In this document: positions 35,994 to 49,797 of the stretch, piece by piece
Numbering within the stretch: the first letter of the stretch is position 1
Layout: every line of letters starts with the position of its first letter
NCBI GenBank assembly: GCA_030704615.1
Contig: CM060734.1
Coordinates: 55,242,001-55,306,000, forward strand
Length of the DNA stretch: 64,000 bases
Direction of reading: 5' to 3'
From: Takakia lepidozioides
Taxonomy: Eukaryota > Plantae > Bryophyta
Position numbers and translations under genes: made by a program
Notes under the pieces: model-generated
What the model was told of the DNA's origin: nothing
Databases searched by the model: none
The model's input: the letters and a program-made list of their open reading frames with translations, nothing else

Positions 35994-38900
35994 TTATTGA
36001 GAAGACTGCCCAGGTTGCCCTGTCGGACCAGGCAGAGGAATTGCTGGCCTCCTGGGGGGGGCCCGCCCTGCTGCTGCAGCAGCAGCTGCTGCCCGGGTGC
36101 CATTCTGCAGATCCATTGCTGAGCTTGCACTCAGATTGCCAACAGACCCTAAAGTTTGTGTATTCAACTGTGGGCTGGCAGGCCCACCAACCAATGCACT
36201 CAGACTCCCAGCACTCAATTGCTGAGCATTTAACTGTGGAGAGTTGAGGTAATAATTTTGCCCTCCAACGGATGACATGCTGGAAGTGGGCACCTTGGGA
36301 GGTGCCAAGCCTGTGACAGTGGCTCGCTGGATTGGAGCCAGACTGCTTCTAGGCAGTGGCTGTCCCATCATCGAGACACTAGGAGACCCATGCACCTGAT
36401 TTGGAGACCCCAAACTGGAGAGGCCGTCAACTGGATTCCGAACAGTAGGGCTGGGAGCAGTACCAGTGCGGCCTCTTCCCGCGGCCAACTTGGAAGCCTG
36501 CAAAGCTGCTGCCTGAGCCTGGTGCATTGAACCAGGCCGCAGCTGTTGACCCATCAAATTGCCTGCCTGCCCCATGGACCCCATGGCACCCATGTTGGCC
36601 CCAAGCTGGCCCATGCTTGCAAGGCCCGACATGCCACCCAATGATGACATACCACCCATAGATGCCGCCATGCTGCTCATGCCATTGATAGACCCCAAAC
36701 CCACACTGTTCATACCACTCAGATTAACCATGTTGGCCAGACTTGCCTGCCCACCCCCACTAACTGGGATTCCTACCCCGCCCATGGCGCCCATGCCACC
36801 CATGCCACCTGGCAACAAAACTTTGCGTTGCTGTTGCAGCAACTGGTGGTGCTGCCGCTGTTGGACAGCCTGATGATGATGGAGTTGGTACTGCAACTGG
36901 TGGAACTGGTTCGACATTTGCTGCCCGGAATTGTGTGACTGTCATCATCCAGCCATGCAAAGAACAAAGAGTATACTAGTTACTTCAAGTGTGTCTGAAT
37001 CTATTCCAGGGAGACATTTGTAAATCACATGTCATAAGCAAGCAATTGGTGAAGCTTTGAGGCAAGGGCAGTCTGAAAAACAACCATGCTAATGCCCTGC
37101 TTTAAAGTAGTAAAACTTTGGGAGAAGCCCAATCTGACATATGCGACATCTTTTATCATGCTGTGCAAATCCAATCCCGATCTTATCTCAAGTTACTAGG
37201 GATGCAGAGTTTCCTTACATCGCAAACCTGCAACAGGCTATTGCATCTCTGCCAAGGATGAATGACACGAAGAATCCTCACCTGTCCTGTCAACTGGGCA
37301 GCCAGCTGTGAGGCCACCAGTTGCTGCTGTGGTTGCCGTTGCATTTGTTGTTGTTGCTGCAGCTGGTGCTGCTGTTGTTGGAGTGCCAGTTGAGAGGCCC
37401 CTGAATCGACTTGCATGGGCTTTGATGTTGTCACCATCCCCACCCCTACTCCTTGGTGGCCGGTCAAGAGTTGCCGGCTCGGTGCATTGGCGGGCGGTGG
37501 CATTCGGGTGGCTGCAAGCTGGCTTGGAGAGGACGGCTGCATCTGATTGAGCGACGACATCATATTTCCCTGCAGAGCTCCTGGCATGTGCTGCTGGTTC
37601 ATTACCCCTCTTTGTGCAGCCGCAAGTTGTCCTAGCTGTGGATTTCCCAGCGTGGATGCACCAGCAGGCATGGGCCGCGCACTTGATGCCGCATTGGTGA
37701 CTGGGTTCCGAGGAGCACTTTGCTGCACTTCATCGGCTGTCAATTCATACCCCTCCTTCTCTAGCTGTCAAGAACATACAACACACCTCTACTGTCATGT
37801 CTATCCACATAATCTGTATATCATGAGACCAAAGATCTTGGAGCATTTTCTTGGTCCTCAATGCCCTTAGCAAGCACCCTCTTGAGTCTGAGTTTATTCT
37901 TAATCCCTTTCTTGTCACATGAACTATGAGGACTGTCAACTGTGGACAAATAGTCTTGTGCAATCATTTCCCTGTTTGAAATTCTTCCAGGGAGTGGACA
38001 TTTGCATAGAGATGACAATTCCTTGGCAGGGTAAAAGCAGTTAGATCCACCAATGTCATCTTGGCAAGGATGGCACTTAGCTAATGGTGCAAAGCTATAA
38101 CTTGGGGCTTGACATACAAGATACTGAAATCAATGAAAGGGGCTTTCCGAATCAACAGAGTTCATGATCTTTAGATGCCACAGATCTTGCAAGGAAAATA
38201 GAGTCGGAGTACCGAAGGTTCGCAGAAAGCTCACCAAAGCACAGAACTGTTTTGCGAATCGGTCTGCCACATGCTGCACAAAAAGATCAGCGACTTGCCC
38301 TTAGCAAAATCAAGACCAAGGAAACCCAAGTTGCACGACCCCATTAGAACAAATATCAGAAGGACCAACCACAGTTATCTAGGCCACTCCTTTGTTTTCC
38401 ACCTACACAACTTTTCTTCAACCTCACAGATTCTGTCCTCACCCAGCTAGAGCATATCTGAGACCATAGACCTTTGTCCACACAGTGCAGGGGGACCGTA
38501 TTGTCTTTCACATGAACTGTGCAGGCCTCCCTCTCCATTGCTACAGGAATGTCCCTGAAACCGACCGACAATAGTAAGCTGGATAACACTTACCTTACAA
38601 AACTTTCATGCAACTATTCTGGGACAAAAAGTTGCTGTAGCACGTAGCCCTTACACCCCAAACTCCTCAATCCATTATAGGCTATCATATCCAAAAAAAC
38701 AGCAATTGTGATGATTAGCCATAATACTTACAACATTAGCCATGACGGAAAAAACACTCACAGCATTGGCCATGGTTGGCAGCACATGATGGGGAGGAAC
38801 TACTCCCAATCCTTCGTCCTCTGGATCATCCCCAATTTGGATGATTGCCTCCACCAGGCTGTCTTTGGCTCTGCCACACAGCACCAGCCGCTTTCGTGTA

Positions 38901-41900
38901 CGGTGCACAACTGGTGGAAAACTTGCACCTGCTCTCCACATTCCACAGTTCACTGGGATCTTCTATACAATGAAGGCCCCCTTTGCAGCCCTAAGTTACT
39001 ACAGCACCATGCGCACACTATTTCCTTCAGCAGTTCATCCACCAAGGCCTGTTACTTACATACTCAACTGCACACAGCCTTTAGTTCTAACATAGCAACG
39101 GAAAATGGAGAATCATATGCTCAGAAGAAAGCACATCTAAGAAGTGACCTGAACACCAATTGCCCTTATGGGTGATGAATGAAAATGCAAGCTTCGAGCT
39201 ACAACCAACCAGGAGCTGGTAACTTCAAGTAACCTGGAAGCATAGCAGACTTTAGTGCCTACTTCCTAAACTCTGAATGTTCCTAGCAAAGTAACACCTT
39301 CAGCTCAACCACAATTACCTTGATAAATTTGCTCAAATTTCTGGAATTGTAAAAATCGTGTCTTGCGTGAGTTAATGTTCCCACCGACAAGGGAATTTGC
39401 CATGCTGCGCTGGCCTTTTGGCTCCTTGATTTCCTCTTGTGTGTCTGACAATGCCACTGATAGCATATGAAAGGACGGTGGGGTCTTATTTGGTGGGGGC
39501 AGTTCCTCCACCGGCTTCTCTCTCTTATGCAGTCCACGCCTGCCAGCATCCCAATCTCAAGGTCAGCTCAAATCCTATCAGTGTAGATCATATGGATTAG
39601 CAGTAGTCATTGCTAAAATTTCCTCACAAAGAAAAACAACTGAAAAAACGCTCCAGATGAGTTCAACTTCAAATGAGCAAAAGGCAAACAAATGATGATT
39701 CAACAGACTCCCATGGCTTGCATGTGCAACCAAAAATCCCTCACAAAGTCAACTGAACTAGAGACTACCGTTGAATGGCTGCAACCAATGCCGCTTGTGT
39801 GTCTATTGCAGAATTCCTTTGTTGTCCAGCATTGTTTGGCTCCACTTTGATACTTGGGCTGGCAAGTGGACCACTTCCAGTTGACGGACTGTTCAAACTT
39901 TGAGATGGCATAGCGCTTGCGCTTAAACTGCTTGGAGATGCCAATGTTCCACCGAGAGAATTTGTCTTTTGAAGAGGGCTTATCCTCCGGCGCGACTGCT
40001 GGAGATTTGGTTGCATTTGCATCTGCACAGTCTGTCCAGACCTTCTCAGTGTATTGCAATATCACTGTAATACAATAATGCATGCAGATAACATGGAAAA
40101 GACGGTTGGAAATAATGCCTCAACTAGACCTGCATCCACCACCATTCTCTTGGTGAGGTCTCTGCTGTGAGTGCTATGTCCCAACTATCAGGACATAGAG
40201 CAACACAAAAACTGACTTCATTCTTCACATCCAACTGTTCACCACTCCAACATTCTAAGTTACCAAAGTTAGCACCTGCAGAGACACTGGGTACCTACTG
40301 GGGAGCTGATCACATAGCTTGGGGCCAGGGCCCCAAAGCTTGTGAGAAGGACTGGAAACCATTGGCCACACTAGCCCCACAAATGTGGTGAGCCCAGCAT
40401 AGTAGTCAATTGGAGTCATCAAGTACCCAGCTCCATTAAATGGAAAAGTACCTGTTCTATATGACCAGACACCCCAGCAGACACCAAATTGGAAGCCAAC
40501 GCCTGAGCTTGTGCTTTTTCCATCAAAGAAGCTGTTGTGGGGGCAGGAACTGACGGAGGTGCCACTCCAGCATTGCTAGACGGGACACCCCCCATGCTCA
40601 ATCCAGATGCGCCAATACTCGAACTCACGGGAATCCCGTTAGACACAGGCACAGTTGAAGATGGTGGCAGTGATGTCTGGGAACCCAGACCCGGTTTCAG
40701 GGTTACTGTTGCTGTAATTGGCAGCCTAATCTCAGGCTTCTGGGGGGCTTTGATGGTTTGTTGAATTGTCTGTTGTTGTTTACGTCTCAGCAGATCCTCG
40801 TTCAACTTCCGCTCACTCTCTGCCTTCACATCTGGCTTCATGTCCATGCCCACTCTAGGTGACCCTAGTTGCTGCCATTGCTGCTGGGTTGGCATTGCCT
40901 GGGGCTTTGGAGAATGATGCTGAGAAAATATCCCACGCTGCTGTAGCACCATCTGCGGTGTCGGCTTTAGCTCTTGCTGCGCAGCTGCTTGCTGTTGCTC
41001 TTTTTCTACATCAGATTTCTCCTGCTCTTGTCGAGCCTTCTCAGCATCCTCATGCTTCTGGACCTCAATCTCTTGCTGCACCTTTGCGATCTCCTGTGAA
41101 ACAAGAAAACTTATCATCTTGGAGGGAGGAACAAAGAGAAAGAGAAGAATGTACTCATCAGATGTTGTTTGTCGTAGCCACAAAGGGATAGAGAATGTAC
41201 TCATAAGATCTTGTTTGCTGTAGCCTCGTGGGCATAGACCCCGTGCCCAGTTTGGGCAGAACACAAAGGGATAGAATGTACTCAATAGACTTTGTTGTGG
41301 CCATAGACTCCGCGTTCAGTTTAGGGAATAGACCCTGCTGTGTGAGCAACCTAAAAGTTAGAGCCCAACAGGGCCAGGGCTGTAGGCTCAACCTCGAAAG
41401 TTGGTGAGCAGAGGTGCAGGAATCATGTTCCTGAAGAGGGTCACTCTCTGGTGAGAATACCCCAGACAATCTATCAGAAAGGGATAGAATGTGCTCATAA
41501 AATGTTGTTTGCCATACCCTTAAAGAAAGGGATAGATGTACTCATAAGAAGTTGTTTGCCATAGCCTTGTGGCCATTGACCCCGCGCTCAGTAAGAGCGG
41601 AACACAAAGGAACAGTAACTACCTTTGTCAGGGGCTGACACCGGTAGTCTGACTTACCTTGGAGCAGACAATTGATCGACGCCGGTAGTAAGACTTACCT
41701 TGGAATAAGCAATTGATCCAGGTTTTCCAGATACCTCTAGAAATCCCTTTACACAAGCATCAACCTGCTGTGTGTGGTTTGCCCAATAACTAGGCCCCAA
41801 AAGGGCCTGGGCTTTTGGCTCAGCCTCAAGACTTTCAAAGTCAGAAAAGGGAAAGGGATAGAAAGGGATAGAGAATGTACTCATCAGACGTTGTTTGCCG

Positions 41901-44900
41901 TAGCCTTGTGGCCATTGACCCCGCGCCCAGTTCGAGCGGAACACAAAAGCGATAGAGAGAAAGAGAGAGAGAGAATACAACCAAGCCAAACTTAAGAACA
42001 AACAGAGTCACCGCCACTCACCGGGCCTTTAGAAACAATGTGTTCCAGAGGGCCACTGCTGTCCTGCTGCTCCACCTTGGGCTTGGCATCAGCCACCTCC
42101 TTTTGGTCACTCAGTGGAAGCACACTCTTGGTCTCCTGAGGGAATACAGTGGCACCCTCTCCCTGTGACAGACCTGCAGACTGCTGTGCTGCCTGAGGCA
42201 TGTGGCTCTGGCGTTGTGCCAAGCTCTCAGCCACGCGCTGCTGCTTTTCCATCTTGAGCTGCTGCTGTTGTTGCTGCTTTTCCTTTCGTTGCTTCTCTCT
42301 TTGCTCTTTCACCTCCTGTTTTTCTTGAAGTTTTCGCTGATGCAGCTGTAGCTTTTCAGCCTTCACCTGCGCCCCCGGCTATCAATCTCTGTCACAAGCG
42401 CATGTGCTTCAAACCATCCCATTATAAATGCAAACCAAATGATTTACAAATGAAACATGAACACCTAATCCATAAGGTAACAATAGCAAGTTTTTACTTA
42501 CCCTTTGCTCAAAGAAAAGAGAGGGCTGCTATGGTGACAATAGCAAGTTGAACTCTAGTCACTTGCCCCCAAACCAACAATGACTGGACATAAGAGGGTA
42601 AGGCCATAGGATAGATAATACGAGGCCACCTGAAGGCCAAGGAGCCAAGCTACATACTCGTGCCTTCTGGAAATTCAACTGTGTTGCATCTAATAAGCAT
42701 GACAATGGTTTGACCACAAAACACTGGGTTGCTTGTGGGATACTCCAGGCAGATTAACACACTCAATCCTCAAACCAGAGACCAGGCCATTCATGACTGT
42801 AAGAAACAAACCCACCCACCTGCTCAGCCTTCAGCCGCTTTGACTCGGCCCGGGCAGCCGCCGCAGACTCTTTACTCTCTCTCCTGCCTAGCATTGATGA
42901 GGCACCTCCCAGACCACTGGTAACTTCATGCCCGCTGGCGGAGGTCACAGTCGATGGGGTTGCCGGGGTTGCCGGTGTGCTTGAGCTTGGAGAAAGGGGA
43001 ACTGAAGGGATAGAAATTGCAGATAAAGAATGTGTGAGACCCCCTGGACGTGGGACCACTGTTTGTTGAGAAGTAGCTCCTTGAGATGAAGTGGCCTGAG
43101 GTAATAGGACTCCAGAAGTTGGTTGGGTAGATATTTTCGCCACTTCTTGCACTGGATCTATGGCCACTTTCACTCTTGACTTCATAGTCGCATTGTCTAT
43201 GGCAGTAAACTCAAACCAAGTTAGAATTTGGCTAACAGTAACTTCATGACTGAAAGCCACGGCCTCCCCTCTCTCTCCAATCAATTTTGACAGAAAAAAT
43301 GGAGGAAGGAGGCAGTCAGTCCAAGTTCTCCACACGAGATACCCTGTCACGGACTACTTTAGGAAGACTTGGTCAGCAACCAAGCAAGGCTGGAAATAAA
43401 AGAAGATAACAGTAGAAGCTGAGGAGACTAATGCAAAGGAAGCTGGACAGTCAGAATGGCAAAGGCCAAGGGTTAGGCCTTTGGATGGCAAGCAGTGGCC
43501 TCCTTCAGTAAAAACAACCTACATGTATGGCATCCCACATTATCAAAAGCCTCACCTGGACCTGGTGATGAGACAGTGGCTGCAACATTGTGACCGCTTG
43601 GAGCAGATTCCGCAAACAAGGGTGCAGCACCCGTGACCCCCTTCTCTGAGGCATTTTCAAGACTAAGTTTCCTCCGCTTTGCCAACCCCTCTGCCTTACA
43701 TTGAGCCTTGGCAGCTGCAGCTATTCGCAGCTGACGGTCTCTTAGAGATCCATTATGAGTCCGGTACCTCCTCAATGCCGCACGACCAATATTGAGTTTC
43801 AGCTGCCCAAGTTCAAACAGAATTTTTGAGAGAGGCATGTTTGGCAGAGCAGTTTACGATGGCAGAGTGATGACATTACAGGCAAGGATAAAAGCATTGC
43901 ACATGTGAGGTCAACAACTCACTGAAACTGGGAAGAGGTGATGGAGCTGTACCCTGTTATAGTTTGTTATATACGCTTGTTTGGCAACCTCTGGTGTCGG
44001 ATCGAGGAAAAGAGGAGGTTGTACTGCTTTTAACACTCTAGCTTCCACTTCCTGGCAGACATACCACATCCATTCGTTACCAAGAAACCTTCCTTTCCCA
44101 CGCTGGAGTGCAACTCATAGACAATAGAGAGGAGGACTGGCAAACGAGGTCTGCCAAAAGATTTCAATTCAGCAATTCTATATAATAACACACAAACATC
44201 ACTAGAGGGCTCCTGGACCATAGGTCCCTTGCAGTCCCCAACTGAGTGCCACTTGTGTGAGAACCATGAACAGATCTAACAAATGTAATTTGATTTTGAT
44301 GTAAGCTTGTGTGTAAATGACCCGTTCACAACCCAGATGGGACATTGTGTGTCAGCTCTAGCAACACCTTGTAGTCATCCTGAGATGTGCCGAAGTGAGA
44401 GAACTGACCAGAAGGTCCTTATAAGTCCAGGTATCATCCGCCATGGAAGCAATGTCTTTAACAATTGTCTCTGTGGAAGGCTGCAGCAGCACCCGATGCA
44501 CAAGTGGCATCCACTCCCCACCTGTTCCTTCCCAAGACAGTGAGGGCACAGAGTCCCCCATTGTCGATGGGACACTATCCCGGTAATCACGTAGCTGCAT
44601 TCAAATGTCATACAATAATATGTACAGTTTAAGAGACAGGCACAAACTCCAAAGTGAGAATCCTAGCTAATGGACAATCCCAAAACGACATGCAATAATA
44701 CAGTTGAGTCTTGTAAGTTTGAGTAATCTTTCATGTTTATTTGGAGAGTCACAATGCTTGCCACATCTTAAATCCTACAAGAATTGTTATGAACTATCTT
44801 TCCTACACCAATTTGGGATTCATCATGCTCTTTCCTTTGAACAATCAAACAGATGTCTATATGCCTAATCTTATCATCAACCCAGTGGGATAGGGTGTAG

Positions 44901-47900
44901 TAAATCAGCTTTGAGTAAAACCGCCTGGTCACTGTCTCTGGAAAATAGCACTTCGGGTGGTCATTTTCTAATAGCGGCAGCCTTTTGCGTGCCTGTGAAG
45001 GACGAACTTGAAGTTCTACAGCTCTTAGCATACTTTTTATTAAAGTTTAAACCATTTCCTTGATATCAGAAAGCGGTGAATCCTTCTCGTACATCACAAA
45101 TCCAACCCGTAAATTGCTCCAGGAGATATAGTAAGGAAAATTGGCAAACCTCGCAAACAACACAGCCATTGATGTACAAGCAAGGTATGTCCTCCAGAAG
45201 ATCGCCTGGAAGCCAGCCACCATCAATTGCCTGGCTCCATGCCACACCCCACAGATCCAACAACCTGAGTTGGACAGCCTTCAATTGAAGCTAAATTTCG
45301 AATCAATCCATGCAACAGTTGTCAATTCCACTCCATCCCAATGGGAGAAGTACATCCATGATACACGAGTAGTACTACCTAAACAAGAAGCTCAGATCTG
45401 TGTAATCAGAAAAACCCTATTCATCTGACTCCAACCTGTTCTAAAGGATGAGGGCCACCATGCACTTGAGCAGGCAGCCCGCCAGTGGTTGGGTGTTTGT
45501 GCCTTGCCTGTGCATAACCAGGGTGATCCTGGGTTCAGTCCTTCAACTTTCCATTGGCCCTTCGGGCTGTGCGTAAAGCAGTAGGCTCTGTAAATTTGCT
45601 GGACGTTAAACAGACTCTATCTTATCTTTTTATCTGTACATTATTTGCCAATCTGAGGGCGCCACGGGGTGGCTTTGAAGCATAGCATGTGGACACAAAT
45701 AAGAGACAGATTGTACTCATAAGACGTTGTTTGCCGTAGCCTTGTGGCCATTGACCCCGCGCCCAGTTTGAGCGGGAACAAAAGGGACAGAACCTACCTC
45801 TGTCAGGGGCTGACGTTGGTAGTAAGACTTACCTCCATATATAGAATTAATCCGGGTTTTCCAGATATCCTCTAGAAATCCCTTCACACAAGCATCAATC
45901 TGCTGTGTGTGATTTGCCCAAAAACTAGGCCTCAGGAGGGCCTGGGCTTTTGTCTCAGCCTCGAGACTTTCAAAGTTGGTAAACAGGGGTACAGGCACAA
46001 TACCCTTAATAGATTTGAAGAGAGCGTCTCTTTGGTGAGAGAACCCCGGACAGTGTATCAGAAAATGAATACTGTCTTCAGATTGCCCACACAACGGGCA
46101 ATTGCACTCTCCCTTTCCTCTCTGCTTCTGTTTGCTGTTCAAAGGTAGGCTTCCTGCCCTGAGTTTAAATTTCAGTCTAGTGCCGAGAGTGGGTAGACCC
46201 TTGAGGTCATCCAAGATGTCCTCCCCCAAATAAGAGACAGAGTCATACAGAGAAAAGAAGACTGCAAATCCCTGTCTATACAAGGTTACACTTGTGAGGT
46301 AAAGTAGGTATAGCTAATTTACCCTCAAAAAATTTTCGCTGGTGCGGTCATATGGATACAACAACTCCACGACTTCAAATGCAAGTGGTGGCAATTTACC
46401 CCTCTGCCAGGTAAGTGCAGTCAATATTAGCACACCACTACCTTCCTGTGATTAAGATATGTAAGATTTTTGAAAGGTGTGCACTAAAGTAAGCGTTCGA
46501 TGGACAAAGAGAACAAATATGTCATCCAGTAGATCTACTAATTTACAATATAAGAGTTGCTTTCTATCCTGAGAGCAGTGACCAGGAGAACAACATCAAC
46601 AAAGGTTGGCCACCACCAAGCACCTTATCATTCTCACTACACGAGTACCCTGCCACGAAACACTTTCACACACGAGCCTCTCATCTACGCATATTCTTTC
46701 GAGGGCTTTTGTGAGAGGGAGACACTGTCAAAGAGCATACCTCAGTGGGTTTATCAACTGAGAACCCATCCGGGAACAGGTTCACAGCAAATGATGCCTC
46801 TGCATCTGTATTACCAACACCCACCCAAATCGAAGATGAGCACGCCCAAGAAAGGCATGTGCCACAAAAGCTGTCATAATAACAGACCATCACTGCAAGA
46901 GACGTATCTATCAACAGTTCCAGAAGTACAGTGAGACCACCATCCTCTGGAAGGCATAGTCCCTGCAGGATAATAGTCCCCAGGAACCCAAAGAAAGCAC
47001 CTTCCTGAATCCAGCACTGCTACCCAGGAATGCTAGTTGCGCAAATCTCGGTGTGTAGCATTAATCAGATGTCCACTTACCACTTGGGACTTGTCTCACT
47101 GAGGGATCTTGGAATTGCATAGGCCCCAAAACCTCTCTACTTGTGTTGACAAACGCAATCTGCATACCTCCCTTAGCATTCAAATTGTTAAAAACAAGCA
47201 CCTGAAGACCTTCCAAGCAGGAAAACACTCCAGTTTCTACTGAAAGACCTTTCCATCTGCTTTACCATTGCCTTATGAAAATGGCATGGGTTTTTCAAGA
47301 TTGAAAAAAGCGGGTGGCTGGTTGCATATCATCTCAAGATAACCAGCCAACTGAATGTTCTGTTGTTAGAATTGTAGATGCTTCTGAGCTGAAGGACGCC
47401 AATGAGGGTATCCTCCAGCTACTAGGTTCATCACATTACCAATTCTGACTGTTCTCTAGTTAGCTGGATCTATGCTCAGTTGTCAATGTTGGCCTGCAGA
47501 AAATCTACAAACAGGCAATCCTGCAGAAGCCAAGTATATGTACACGTCCATGCAACACTATCTGTGAAGGCACATCCTCTCCACCACCTAGCACACCCTG
47601 CTTTCCATATTAGATTCCATATGCTTTACCTGCTAGGTATGAACTAGAAATTTGTTAAACTCCAGCACAGATTAACCCCCACCCCAGCATGGTTTCTGTT
47701 TTGACCCTGATCCGACACACCTATACTTCAGGGGATGAGTGCCAAAGACAAACTTCTGCAGAGGATGTAAAAGTAAGCTATGCCTTTTCCTGCTCTGCGC
47801 GGGACAGAGAGAGATCTCCCACCCTTCTCTAAAACCCTCCACAAAATAGATGGGTGGTCTGCCAATCATGGACCGGACGCCCACTGAATGACTAGGTTTC

Positions 47901-48676
47901 AACCAAATTTACTGTGGTAGCGCAAGAGTAAGAAGTTCTCTGGACATCAGAATTATCAAGACTATGAATCAATACAAAGAAACCTAAGGTATGAGTTTGA
48001 GGTGTCCATGAATAGGCCATGCAACCGAGAATGACACTTGACAGTGTTCTCAGACAACCACTGACATCTGACTCGGTAAAATGTGACATCTGAAACAGTC
48101 CATCGCCTAGATCTTCCAAAGAGCTCGCGAGTTCTAGGACTGAATTGACAGATCACACTTCCAAGTAATCCTGGCTCAAAGAGTAAGAACTCGTCAACCA
48201 AAGCCTGAAGCTTACCCATAAAGTAAGTCTTGAAGAATACACCTGAAGAGACACCCATGTCTTGATAGAAGAAAAAGTTGATTTAATGAGCAGATAACAC
48301 ATATCTGGTTTGAGCTTGTACCAAAGAGACTGGGCAAGTAATTTTCGATCTGTATCAAACGGAAAACATCCAGAAGAGTATTGATGGCTTGCAAAGTTCC
48401 CACCTCTCTTCGTTTTTTCTGCAATTGTGAAGTGGGGACAACATCAGTTGATCCATTGACGTGCTCAGGGAATGCTCGCTTTGCAGGCAACATCCCGGGC
48501 TCCGACTGCAAGGCAGGGGAGGAGAAAATTGGATCCGGCGTCCCGGTCTCTGGTTTCCCTGAACCAGCTGCAATCCCATTGCCCCAGAGCAGCCCATTTC
48601 TCTCTCCTCCAGCCTCGGATACCTTGGGAGTATAGCGAGTGCCAGTTTTCGAAATCTTGAACGAGATTCCCACCAT
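35994..48676 (-). CDS. PHL: PHYTOCHROME-DEPENDENT LATE-FLOWERING-like / Spt20 family SAGA-associated protein, multi-exon
   Basis: N-terminus MVGISFKISKTGTRY. Spt20-type exons join in phase: EASFAVNLFPDGF, LYPYDRTSENFLR|AIDGGWLPGDLLEDIPCLYINGCVVCE|LRDYR, VHRVLLQPSTETIVKDI..WTYKDLL|EVEARVLKAVQPPLFLDPTP. Later RFLQFQKFEQIYQG and VLPTMAN; Q/M/G-rich C-terminus ending at 35994. Confidence 0.9.
41149..41945 (-). mobile_element. Array of six 5'-truncated LINE-like 3' ends in a PHL intron
   Basis: The terminal motif tgt(a/g)ctca recurs at ~41150, 41196, 41277, 41490, 41537 and 41876, each followed by sequence homologous to 45711 onward. Confidence 0.85.
45471..45635 (+). mobile_element. Putative tRNA-derived SINE
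   Basis: A-box-like cagtggttgg (~45483), B-box-like GGTTCAGTCC (45532-45541), terminal gacgttaaac and a (TATCT)-type tail. Only one copy in the window. Confidence 0.35.
45711..46226 (-). mobile_element. 5'-truncated non-LTR retrotransposon (LINE ORF2 C-terminus with CCHC zinc finger) with 15-bp TSD
   Basis: Open frame KFKLRAGSLPL..CPLCGQSEDSIHFLIHCPGF...IWKTR; flanked by identical CAAATAAGAGACAGA at 45696-45710 and 46227-46241. Confidence 0.9.
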
Positions 48677-49596
48677 CGGTGTTGGCGGTCTCTGTCAATC
48701 AACGATTGTAGGAGGTCCTCAAAAGAAAGACACTGGAATTGTCCGATTTACAGCCAATGGCCTAAGAGCACACATTTCTGCGAGTGATGCTTCAGAGTTG
48801 CTACTCATCTAGCTCCATCTGGACATGTTAGAACATTGAACAATGAATCCATAACATACCTCATGACCCAATGTTACGAACAGAACTACAACTCTGGCTT
48901 TCATACCCTACCCTCCAGCACTCCCAGAGTCAGGTCCCATTGCCAAGGAACCCAACCAAGCACGTAAGAATTAAACCCTGAAAAAAAAAGATGGGCATCC
49001 AGGTAAGCTAACCTTTTCAGCATGACCCATCAATCTTCAACTTTGTAAGCCGGTGCGGCCGAGGTTTCCACAGAGACAACCACAAAAAGATCCATAACTT
49101 CACTGTTTAAAATCTTCAACAGGGCACACGGACCCACTAACATATTACCACAAAAATTCAACGTAGGTTACTCTTCTCATCATCTGTAACGGAGTTTAAG
49201 CAGCCAGACTGGGAGCGGTGTTGAGAAAAACAGGCGAAATGCACCCATCTGCTTCGCTTCTTACAATCTTCAGCAAGGGAGCGAGACGAGGGTACCCTTG
49301 TGCTATACACTATCGCGGGTCCCTCCGTTCCCCATACCGCTCCCCACATCCGCAGATGATAACACGTTCCTCATGCACGAGACCCCAAGTTCTCACACCT
49401 TTCGAACGAGCTCGGCGTCGCGTCCTAAAACGAGCTAGAACGCGTTACCTGCAATCAGGGAACGCGAGAACGATTCGCACATAAGAGGCCTGCTGACTCG
49501 GCGGACTAGAGTTGCCTCCTGTGGGACGACGAGTAGCTTCATCCATCCAACTTCCAAGAGTTGGCAGCGTCGACGTGGATGACTCCCACCGATGAC

Positions 49597-49797
49597 GTGT
49601 TCACAATGGACCCATCATCCATCCATCGATACGTGTTCACAATGGACACATCATCCACCCATCGATACGTGTTCACAATTGACACATCATCCACCCATCG
49701 ATACGTGTTCACAATTGACACATCATCCACCCATCGATACGTGTTCACAATTGACACATCATCCACCCATCGATGACGTGTTCACAATTGACACATT
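49597..49797. repeat. 36-bp tandem repeat, ~5.5 copies, between the divergent PHL and RPL23A genes
   Basis: Unit gtgttcacaattgacacatcatccacccatcgatac starts at 49597, 49633, 49669, 49705, 49741 and (partial) 49778. Confidence 0.95.

Noticed and set aside
41149-41945. CRISPR-like repeat/spacer appearance
   Set aside because: Eukaryotic intron with no cas genes; the 'spacers' are all homologous LINE ends of variable length.
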